DNA from: an uncultured Oscillospiraceae bacterium
GTDB taxonomy: Bacteria; Bacillota; Clostridia; Oscillospirales; Acutalibacteraceae
NCBI GenBank assembly: GCA_900550315.1
Contig: URRK01000001.1
Span: 1-38,426, forward strand
Direction: 5' to 3'
DNA length: 38,426 bases
Position 1 is the first letter of the stretch. Each line of letters opens with the position of its first letter. This document shows positions 27,563 to 35,135 of the stretch, piece after piece. The notes beneath the pieces were generated by a model, which made no database searches, had not been told where the DNA came from, and saw only the letters and a program-made list of their open reading frames with translations. The position numbers were made by a program, and so were the translations under genes.

Positions 27563-29063
27563 TTGCCTTCCCTCCTAAAGTTGTAAAGTCTTTAAAAAAG
27601 TTGGGGTAAGATTTTTCGGTAGCCTCGGCAGTGGTTATTTGCGTTTTGCCGGCGGCGTAGGCGGCCGCCACGCTAAAGGCCATCACAATGCGGTGGTCGT
27701 TTGCGCCGCAAACCTGCCCGCCTTTTGGTAAAACGGGGTAAATAATTAGGCCGTCGGCCGTTTGCTCGGCCTTGCCGCCTAAGGCGTTTACCGCCGCCGC
27801 CGTGGTGGCTAAGCGGTCGCTTTCTTTAAAACGCAGGCGCTCGGCGTGGGTCAGCACCGTTTGGCCCGCGGCAAACATGGCCGCCGCCGCTAACGCCGGC
27901 ACCATATCGGGAATATTGCGGCAGTCAATGGTGCGCGCGGCCTCGGCCGTGTTGGCGCTTTCACGCGTGGCAGTCGGGCCGTTATTTTGGCTGCTTGCGG
28001 TGGGGTTGTTGGAGCCGCCGCCCGGTTGCACCGCAGCTTTAAGGCTGCCGGTTGCCGGGCTATCTGCTGCCAGACCAATTTGGTTATTGCCGCTTTTTCT
28101 TTGAGCACAGGCGTCGATGTTTTTGCCGGAAACGTAGGGGCTGCCAACTTCGTTCAAAGCAACGGCCACGCGGCTTTCGCCTGCTTCACCGTTTAAGGGT
28201 TGGGGTGCTTTTTCAAGGTGCAGCGTTTGCCCCTGCCAAACCGGCTGTACGCCAAATTTTGCAAAAAGCGCTAAGCCGGCTTTGTCCCCCTGGGCCGAGC
28301 GGGGGTTTAGCCCGGTTAGCCGCAGCCGGGCGCCCATGGCGGCCGCCGCCAGGTAAAAGCTGGCCTGTGACCAATCGCCCTCAATTTCAACATCTTTAGC
28401 CCGGTAGCTGCCGGTGGTTTGGTAAACGCCGTTGTGCGCCGTTACCGTTACGCCAAATTCGGCCAGTGCCTGCACGGTAAGATCAATATACCCGGCCGAT
28501 TGCAGCGGCGTGGTAAGCTCGGCGCTGCTGTTGGGGCCAATTAGCGGCAGCGCCAGCAGCAGCCCGGTTAGGTGCTGCGAGCTAACCGCACCCGAAATTT
28601 TAAAAACGCCGGGGTTTAGCCTGCCGGTTACGGTAATGGGTAATAAATCGGCCGAGCATTGCACCCCGTGCCGGCGCAGCAGTTCGGTCATTTCACGCAT
28701 GGGGCGCTGCGGCAGCCGGCCGTGCCCGGTAAAGGTAACGGTGCGGCCCAGCGCTGCGGCAATGGGCAGTAAAAAGCGTAGGGTAGAGCCCGACTCCCCG
28801 CAGTCTATTGTAACGGGGCTGCCGCTTTGAGGGCGGCCGCCAATGCCGGTAATGTAAAAGGCGCCGTTTTGCTCGGTAATTTCTGCTCCTAACGCGGCGG
28901 CGGCCTTTAGGGTGGCGTCAATATCCTTCGAGTGGCAGGCCGGCTCCACGCGGGAGGTACCTTTGGCCAACGCCGCCCCTAAAATAAGGCGGTGCGCCGC
29001 ACTTTTAGAGGGGGGGATAAAAACCTTGCCGCACAGCGGCGCGGGGGTAATTTCAACCGTCAT
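27540..29063 (-). CDS. aroA: 3-phosphoshikimate 1-carboxyvinyltransferase (EPSP synthase) carrying an 85-aa internal insertion
   Basis: PPSKSAAHR, DCGESGSTLRFL, LRFKESDR and NDHRIVMAF motifs. 507 aa versus about 425 typical. Confidence 0.92.
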   Translation of the reverse strand: MTVEITPAPLCGKVFIPPSKSAAHRLILGAALAKGTSRVEPACHSKDIDATLKAAAALGAEITEQNGAFYITGIGGRPQSGSPVTIDCGESGSTLRFLLPIAAALGRTVTFTGHGRLPQRPMREMTELLRRHGVQCSADLLPITVTGRLNPGVFKISGAVSSQHLTGLLLALPLIGPNSSAELTTPLQSAGYIDLTVQALAEFGVTVTAHNGVYQTTGSYRAKDVEIEGDWSQASFYLAAAAMGARLRLTGLNPRSAQGDKAGLALFAKFGVQPVWQGQTLHLEKAPQPLNGEAGESRVAVALNEVGSPYVSGKNIDACAQRKSGNNQIGLAADSPATGSLKAAVQPGGGSNNPTASSQNNGPTATRESANTAEAARTIDCRNIPDMVPALAAAAMFAAGQTVLTHAERLRFKESDRLATTAAAVNALGGKAEQTADGLIIYPVLPKGGQVCGANDHRIVMAFSVAAAYAAGKTQITTAEATEKSYPNFFKDFTTLGGKANVLNLWN

Positions 29064-30138
29064 ACTGCGCTCCTTGCTGTAACAGCTGCAACAGGGTCTT
29101 AAAATCGGTTTTTAAAACGGCCGCACTGCCAATATTTTTTAAGTAAACCAAGCGAACGCCGCCCGCAACGGCTTTTTTGTCGCTTTTGCTAATTTCGCAA
29201 AGGTCGGCGGCGGCAATGTCGGTTTGCAGTGGCAGGCCGTACCGGGTAAGGCAGCCGCAAAGCCGCCGGTAGGTGCCCGGCGCGGTGTAGCCGGCCGCCT
29301 CGGTGGCGCGAGTTATTAAGGCCATGCCAACGGCAACTGCCTGCCCGTGTGAAAGGCCGTTAAAGTTTTGGTATTTTTCAATGGCGTGGCCAAGCGTGTG
29401 GCCAAAGTTTAGTAAAATGCGGTCCCCCTGCTCGGTAAAATCGCGCTCGGTTACTTCTACCTTCATGCCAATAGCCTCTCGCAGTACCTCGGGCAAAACC
29501 GCCTTTAGGCTTTCAAGGCGGTGCTGCTCCAACAGGCTAAAAAGCCCCGGCTTTAAAATAGCCCCGGCTTTAATCACCTCGGCTAAGCCGTCTTGCCAAA
29601 AATGCTGTGGCAGGGTGTTTAGGGCGCTGGTATCGGCCAGCACGGCCAACGGCAGGTGAAAGGCGCCGCAAAGGTTTTTTCCAAACGGTAAATCGCACCC
29701 CGTTTTGCCCCCAACCGAGGAATCTACCTGTGCCAGCAGTGTGGTTGGCAGCTGCACAAAGTGAATACCGCGCAAATAAATGGCGGCGGCAAAGCCGGTT
29801 AAATCGCCGCAAACTCCGCCGCCCAGGGCAATGGCAAGGTCTTGGCGGGTCAGTCGGTTCTCGCAAAAAAACTGCAAAATGCCCTGCACCGTTTCTAAGG
29901 TTTTTTGCGGCTCGCCGGCCTTAAAGGCGTAGCTAAAGGGGGTAAACCCCGCTGCCGTTAAGGCGTTTAACACCGGCTGCAGGTGCAGCGGCGCAACATT
30001 GCTGTCGGTTACAACGGCAAGCCGCCGCGCCGGGGTAAGCTTTTTTAAAATTTCCCCGCAGGAGGAAAACAGCCCGGGCTGCACAATAATGGGGTAGCGG
30101 TGCGGCTTAGCACCGGGAACGGTTACAGTAAGCTCCAT
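29053..30138 (-). CDS. aroB: 3-dehydroquinate synthase
   Basis: GGGVCGDLTGFAAAIYLRGI, DSSVGGKTG and GHTLGHAIE motifs. ATG at 30138 follows AAGGAG; the ORF-track start at 30186 was rejected. Confidence 0.93.
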   Translation of the reverse strand: MELTVTVPGAKPHRYPIIVQPGLFSSCGEILKKLTPARRLAVVTDSNVAPLHLQPVLNALTAAGFTPFSYAFKAGEPQKTLETVQGILQFFCENRLTRQDLAIALGGGVCGDLTGFAAAIYLRGIHFVQLPTTLLAQVDSSVGGKTGCDLPFGKNLCGAFHLPLAVLADTSALNTLPQHFWQDGLAEVIKAGAILKPGLFSLLEQHRLESLKAVLPEVLREAIGMKVEVTERDFTEQGDRILLNFGHTLGHAIEKYQNFNGLSHGQAVAVGMALITRATEAAGYTAPGTYRRLCGCLTRYGLPLQTDIAAADLCEISKSDKKAVAGGVRLVYLKNIGSAAVLKTDFKTLLQLLQQGAQYDG

Positions 30139-30299
30139 GCAAAATGCTCCTTTGCAAAATAAACGGTTTGGTTTGGCTGCTGCCAAGCCTGGTTAAGTGA
30201 AAATAATATAAACAAATAAACGGTTAAATGAATGGAATGAACAGTGGAACAAATAAAACGCAGCCGCACAGTAAAAACAGGGCGGCAAAAGGCCAAAAG

Positions 30300-30740
30300 C
30301 GCCGGCTGCGTGTTTTTTAGGCCTTAAAAGTGCGCCCTCTAACCCAAGCGTACATTTTTAAAGCTTAAGCGCTGCGGTTTTAAGCCAAGCGTATCCTTTC
30401 TAAGTACCCTTTTTAAGCTAAGCAAACGCTTTTAAAGTTTAAGCTTTGCTTTTCCAAGTCGGTTCTGCTTTTCTAAGCTGACTTTGCTCTTTTAAGCCAA
30501 ACCTTGCTTTTCTAAACAAAGTTTCACACTACACTGTGCCAAGCCCGGCAGCTTTTTAAGCTAAGCGTTGCCCTTGCCAAAGCGCAACGCTTTTTTCAGC
30601 CAATCCCCGCACCAAGCCCCGCACAATGTTAAGCCCGGTTCATTGCTTTTTAAGCCCGGTTCATTGCTTTTTAAGCCCGGTTCGGCACTTTTTCAAGCCC
30701 GGTTCGGCACGTTTTCAAGCCCAACGCCTTTTTAAATTTT
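30300..30740. repeat. Degenerate tandem array, unit about 18-22 bp (T-run followed by (T/C)AAGC), with four near-identical 21-22 bp units at 30631-30716
   Basis: AAGCCCGGTTCATTGCTTTTT x2 (30631, 30652). AAGCCCGGTTCGGCAC(T/G)TTTTC x2 (30673, 30695). About 17 T-runs in total. No ORF in any frame. Confidence 0.9.
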
Positions 30741-31373
30741 TTAGCCCAAGCCCGTTTGTTGTAAAATCTCTAAAACCGCCTGCTCGGCGCCTTGGTTGGT
30801 AGAAACGGTAAACTCGGCTGCCGCTTTGTAAAACGGCTCCCGCTCGGCCAGCAGGGCGGTAATCCGGTTTTTCTTTTCGGTCTCGGTGCCCTGCAGCAGG
30901 GGGCGGGTTCGGTCGCCCTTTAAACGCTGCAGCACGGTTTGTGGAAGAACCTTTAGGTAAATAACTGTTCCGCTTTGCTTTAACAGCGCGGCGGTTTGGG
31001 GGTTTAGCACCGTGCCGCCCCCGCAGGAAAGAACCAGCCCGCTTTGGCTGCAAAGGCTGCGGGCAGCCTCCTGCTCCAGCGCCCGAAAGGCGCCCTCCCC
31101 CCGGGTGTTAAAAATTTCGGCAACGGTTTGGCCGGTCTGCTGCTCAATAAATTCGTCTAAATCAACAAACGGGCGGTGCAGCCGCCGGGCCAGCAGGCGG
31201 CCAACCGTGCTTTTTCCGCTGCCCATAAAGCCGCATAAAATCAGGTTATTTTTTAGGGCTTTGCCGCTTTGGTTCGCGGCATTTTTAGTACCAAAACGGT
31301 TTAGGCTTTTTTGGTTGGTTCCGGCCTTGGGGTTTAAATTGTTTTTTGGGTTTAAACGGTTTTGTTGGTTCAT
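30741..31373 (-). CDS. aroK: Shikimate kinase with about 43-aa Asn/Lys-rich N-terminal extension
   Basis: P-loop GFMGSGKSTVG. ATGA overlap with the aroE stop supports the ATG at 31373. No alternative start lies before the P-loop. Confidence 0.9.
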   Translation of the reverse strand: MNQQNRLNPKNNLNPKAGTNQKSLNRFGTKNAANQSGKALKNNLILCGFMGSGKSTVGRLLARRLHRPFVDLDEFIEQQTGQTVAEIFNTRGEGAFRALEQEAARSLCSQSGLVLSCGGGTVLNPQTAALLKQSGTVIYLKVLPQTVLQRLKGDRTRPLLQGTETEKKNRITALLAEREPFYKAAAEFTVSTNQGAEQAVLEILQQTGLG

Positions 31374-32212
31374 GCCGGGGTAAACCTCCGGGTCATTTCT
31401 TCGTTTGCGGCGGAAATTAGGGATTTTAGGTCGCCGTCGCTAAATTCGGCGCCGTACCAAAGGCGCTGGGCCTCGGCCGCTTGCAGCACCAGCATTAACA
31501 TTCCGCCGGCAAAAGGCACGCCTACTTCGGCCGCCCGCTGCAGCAGCAGGGTGTTTTCGGGGTTGTAAACCGTGTCAAAAACAAAATCTACCTCCAAAAG
31601 CTGCTGTCGGCTTAGCGCGCAGCCGTTGGGGTTGGGGTACATACCCAGCGGGGTGGCGTTTACGGCAAGGTTAAAGTGGCCGCCGGCGCTTTCCAGCAGG
31701 GTAACGCTGGCCTTAGCCCCAAGCCCCTGCAGCTCGCCCAAAAGCTTTTGCGCGTTTTGGCCCTCGGGGTTTCGCACGGCTAAGGTAACCTCGCAGCCGC
31801 GCAGCGCGCACTCTAACGCAATGGTTCGGGCTACCCCGCCGCACCCGCAAATCAGCACCCGGCCGGTGGGCGTAACGCCTGCCAGCCGCAGCGCGTGTAT
31901 AAAGCCAAAAGCGTCGGTGTTGCAGCCAATGAGCCGCCCGTTTTTTTGCAAAACCGTGTTTACCGCGCCGTACCGCTCGGCAACCGGGTCTAATTCATCT
32001 AAAAAGGCAAGCACCGCCTGCTTGTGCGGAATGGTAACATTAAAGCCGTCCAGCGTGCGCAAAAAGGCCATTTGCTGCGGCAGCTGCTCTGGCGAAACAT
32101 CTATGCAGCTGTAGCTGCCGCTGCGCGAAAGCAGCGAAAAAAGCTGTTGGTGAATAAAGGGCGACATGGAATGGCCAATGGGGTGGCCGATCACCGCAAG
32201 TCGAGCAAACAT
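31370..32212 (-). CDS. aroE: Shikimate dehydrogenase
   Basis: VIGHPIGHSMSP, NVTIPHK, NTD and GCGGVARTI (Rossmann) motifs. Confidence 0.93.
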   Translation of the reverse strand: MFARLAVIGHPIGHSMSPFIHQQLFSLLSRSGSYSCIDVSPEQLPQQMAFLRTLDGFNVTIPHKQAVLAFLDELDPVAERYGAVNTVLQKNGRLIGCNTDAFGFIHALRLAGVTPTGRVLICGCGGVARTIALECALRGCEVTLAVRNPEGQNAQKLLGELQGLGAKASVTLLESAGGHFNLAVNATPLGMYPNPNGCALSRQQLLEVDFVFDTVYNPENTLLLQRAAEVGVPFAGGMLMLVLQAAEAQRLWYGAEFSDGDLKSLISAANEEMTRRFTPA

Positions 32213-32248
32213 TTTTACCCCTGACTTTCAAAAAAATTTAAAAAAGTG

Positions 32249-32277
32249 TTGACAAATGCGCATAATCCTCATATTAT
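32249..32277 (+). promoter_or_regulatory. Candidate acpP promoter (TTGACA-17-TATTAT)
   Basis: TTGACA at 32249-32254, 17-nt spacer, TATTAT at 32272-32277. Confidence 0.55.
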
Positions 32278-32318
32278 CATATATAGGCGTAAAACCAAAG
32301 GCGCGTTTTACGGTAAGA

Positions 32319-32347
32319 ATTATACCATAAACCGTTCGCCTTGTCCA
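32319..32347 (-). promoter_or_regulatory. Candidate aroE-operon promoter (TGGACA-17-TATAAT, TGn extended)
   Basis: Reverse complement reads TGGACA aggcgaacggtttatgg TATAAT. It faces the acpP promoter. Confidence 0.5.
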
Positions 32348-32383
32348 CCGTTTTGCAAAATTATAAAGTAAGGGGGTAATGGA

Positions 32384-32611
32384 ATGGTTTTTGAAAAGAT
32401 TAAAGAAATTTTGGCCGCACAGTTCGATGTAGATCCCGACAGTATTGAAGTTACCACCAATATTGCCGACGATTTGAGTGCAGACAGCCTGGATGTTGTA
32501 GAAATTTTAATGAACATTGAGGACGAATTCGGCATTGAGATCCCGGATGAAGCTATAGAGGAGATTAAAACCGTTGGGGATTTGGTTTCTTACATAGAAA
32601 ACAACCGTTAA
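32384..32611 (+). CDS. acpP: Acyl carrier protein
   Basis: 75 aa with the phosphopantetheine site DLSADSLDVVEILMNIEDEFG. RBS AAGGGGG. Confidence 0.93.
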   Translation: MVFEKIKEILAAQFDVDPDSIEVTTNIADDLSADSLDVVEILMNIEDEFGIEIPDEAIEEIKTVGDLVSYIENNR

Positions 32612-32717
32612 GGTTTAAAACTCCAGCATGTATTTGTTACCGGATCATTCCGGCGGGGGGACCTGCCAGGGGGGTCCGGTAAATTTGTTTTTTCAAAATA
32701 TATTAGGAGGCGCTTGC

Positions 32718-33497
32718 ATGAAAAAAGACAAAATGAACGCAAAAGCGGCGCCGCTTGTAAAGCAAAACGCCGCAGAGGAGCTTGAGCAAGAAGCGCAAAA
32801 GGCGGAGGAAAACCTGCACGCCGGGCACCGAAACCGGCAGCGAAAGTTATTTTTAAAAACTGGGTTTGGCCCGGCAACCCCAAGCCACCAGATGTTAGAA
32901 ATGCTGCTGTACTTTGCTATTCCAAGAAAAGATACCAACCTGATTGCCCACCGGTTAATCAAACGCTTTCAAACCATTGCCGGCGTTTTAGATGCCCCGG
33001 AGCAGGAGCTGCGCAGCGTAGAGGGCGTTGGCGACAGCGTGGTGTGCCTGTTAAAAATGCTTTTGCCAATTTTGCGCCGATATAACGAGGAAAAAGCAAA
33101 TGTTTCTACCCGGGTTATGACGCACAGCACCTGCATTGAATTGCTTTCTAAAAAATATTTTGGCCAAAGCACCGAAATGGTGTATATGTTGTTTTTAAAC
33201 AATACCGGCAGGTTAATTCGGTGCGAGCTGCTGGGCGAGGGCAACATGGCCTGCGTGCGGTTAAGCCTGCGCACAGTGGTAGAACTGGTGGTGCGGTACG
33301 AGGCCACCGCCGTGGTGCTTAGCCACAACCACCCAATGGGCTTTGCTGTGCCGTCGGATTCCGACTGTGTTATGACCCGCCGCCTTTGCGAAATGTTAAG
33401 AAAAATTGATGTAAAGCTGCTGGACCACATTATTTTTGCCGGGGACGATTGCGTTTCTATGGCAATTTCTAACCAGTATAAGCATTTGTTTGAGTAA
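32718..33497 (+). CDS. radC: RadC-like JAB-domain protein
   Basis: GHRNRQRKLF, an HhH-like region, and the JAMM motif VLSHNHPMGFAVPSDSD. ATG at 32718 follows AGGAGG; the ORF-track start at 32628 was rejected. Confidence 0.88.
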   Translation: MKKDKMNAKAAPLVKQNAAEELEQEAQKAEENLHAGHRNRQRKLFLKTGFGPATPSHQMLEMLLYFAIPRKDTNLIAHRLIKRFQTIAGVLDAPEQELRSVEGVGDSVVCLLKMLLPILRRYNEEKANVSTRVMTHSTCIELLSKKYFGQSTEMVYMLFLNNTGRLIRCELLGEGNMACVRLSLRTVVELVVRYEATAVVLSHNHPMGFAVPSDSDCVMTRRLCEMLRKIDVKLLDHIIFAGDDCVSMAISNQYKHLFE

Positions 33498-33512
33498 ATT
33501 TTCAAGTAAATT

Positions 33513-33546
33513 TTGCCCCGCTGCGGGCAAGGCGTTTTCTTTTTTG
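33513..33546 (+). terminator. Probable terminator after radC
   Basis: TTGCCC-cgctgc-GGGCAA stem, then GGCGTTTTCTTTTTT. Confidence 0.5.
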
Positions 33547-33723
33547 TAACCCGGCCGTTTTGGGGCGGGCCAAAGAGCCCCGTTTTTGGGCACCCGGCCG
33601 TTTTTAGTAGGCCCGGCGTTCCTTTTAACAGGCCCGGCTGTCCCTTTTTTAAAACCGCAATTTAAAAGCATGAAAATCCCCCGCGGGTCATATAATAAAT
33701 CGGAACAATACGGGGGTGTTATT

Positions 33724-34941
33724 ATGAAAAGTAAAAGCTTTCGAGCAATCGTCGGGGCGGCTGCAATAGTGGCGGCTCTGGCGGTTTTTTGCACTTCGGC
33801 AGCCGCCGAGGTTTGCACCGAGTACCAAAGCAGCGACCTGCTAAGTGCCTACACCGTTAGCAGCGCGGGGGCTAAATCGGGGTTAGAAATTAACGCAAAG
33901 TCGGTGGTGTTGCTGGAGCCGAAAACCAAAACCCTGCTGTACGAAAACAATAAAGACGAGCGCCTGGCGCCCGCCTCTGTTACCAAAATTATGTCGCTGC
34001 TGTTAATTATGGAGGCCATAGATGGCGAAAAAATTTCGTACGATACAAAGGTAACGGCCAGCGCCCACGCCGCGTCTATGGGCGGCTCCCAAATTTGGTT
34101 AAAGGAAAATGAGGTGATGACGGTAGACGAGCTGTTGCGCGCGGCTGTTATTGCCAGTGCCAACGACGCTACCGTTGCTCTGGCCGAGGCGGTTGCCGGC
34201 AGCGAAGAGACCTTTGTAGAGCAAATGAACGCCAAGGCGGCGCAGATGGGGCTTAAAAACACCCACTTTGTAAACGCTTGCGGGCTGGACGCCGACGACC
34301 ACTATACTTCGGCGTTTGATGTCGCGGTTATGTCGGCCGAGCTGCTGGGGCACGAGGGCATTAAAAAATATTCAACGGTGTGGATGGACGCCTTGCGAAA
34401 CGGCAAAAGCGAGCTGGTAAACACCAATAAGCTGGTGCGCTATTACAGCGGCGCAACCGGCCTAAAAACCGGAACGACCTCTAAGGCCGGGTGCTGCGTT
34501 TCGGCTACGGCCGAGCGGGGCGGGCTTTCGCTGGTGGCGGTGGTCATGGGCGCTAAAACCAGTAACGAGCGGTTTGCCGGCGCTAAAAAGCTGTTAGATT
34601 ACGGGTTTGCCAATTGGTCGTTTTGCCAGGTTCAGGCAAAGCCCGAGCTGCTAACGCCGGTGCCCGTAAAGGGCGGGCTGCAAAAGCAAATTCAGCCCGA
34701 GGCCGCCGGCTCCCTTAATTTGCTGCTGCAAAAGGGCAAAAACGCCGAAATTACCCAAACCGTTACGCTGCCCGAAAGCCTGAATGCCCCGGTGCTAACC
34801 GGGCAGGAAATTGGAAAAATAACCCTAAGCCAAAACGGTAAACAGCTGGGTGAAATTACAATTATTTCGGGCAACACGGTAGATGCGCTAACCTTTTTCA
34901 GCGCGCTGGGTCAGCTGGCCGCCGCGCTGCTTTGCCCGTAA
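33724..34941 (+). CDS. D-alanyl-D-alanine carboxypeptidase (S11, PBP5-type) with signal peptide
   Basis: SVTKIM (SxxK), SAND (SxN) and KTGT motifs, plus a C-terminal PBP5 domain. ATG at 33724; the ORF-track start at 33586 was rejected. Confidence 0.9.
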   Translation: MKSKSFRAIVGAAAIVAALAVFCTSAAAEVCTEYQSSDLLSAYTVSSAGAKSGLEINAKSVVLLEPKTKTLLYENNKDERLAPASVTKIMSLLLIMEAIDGEKISYDTKVTASAHAASMGGSQIWLKENEVMTVDELLRAAVIASANDATVALAEAVAGSEETFVEQMNAKAAQMGLKNTHFVNACGLDADDHYTSAFDVAVMSAELLGHEGIKKYSTVWMDALRNGKSELVNTNKLVRYYSGATGLKTGTTSKAGCCVSATAERGGLSLVAVVMGAKTSNERFAGAKKLLDYGFANWSFCQVQAKPELLTPVPVKGGLQKQIQPEAAGSLNLLLQKGKNAEITQTVTLPESLNAPVLTGQEIGKITLSQNGKQLGEITIISGNTVDALTFFSALGQLAAALLCP

Positions 34942-35135
34942 ACGCCGGTAAAAACTGCCGCACCAAAAGGCCCTAAAATTTCGCCGCGCCGCGCTTTATT
35001 TGTAAAAATATTATGAAAGTGCGAAAAAGCAGTTGAAAAGCGGGGTAAAATATTGTAAAATAAAGCTACGGGATATTATGAAAGGGTGTTGCCGGGTTGC
35101 CGTGCCGCACCCGGAATAAAGAGGGATAATTTAAA

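Noticed and set aside
27933-28187. Intein or mobile insertion in aroA
   Set aside because: At 85 aa it is too short. It is low complexity with no Cys/Ser/Thr at the junction, no HN C-terminal motif and no endonuclease motifs. No flanking direct repeats were seen.
30521-30529. parS-like half site GTTTCACAC
   Set aside because: Only one half of the TGTTNCACGTGAAACA palindrome is present, with no inverted partner.
30300-30740. CRISPR array
   Set aside because: The units are about 20 bp and directly abutting with no unique spacers. There is no cas gene nearby, and the repeats degenerate gradually.
32969-33505. 178-aa ORF antisense to radC
   Set aside because: The sense strand has the JAB/MPN HNHP motif and a good SD. 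The antisense product has no recognisable features.
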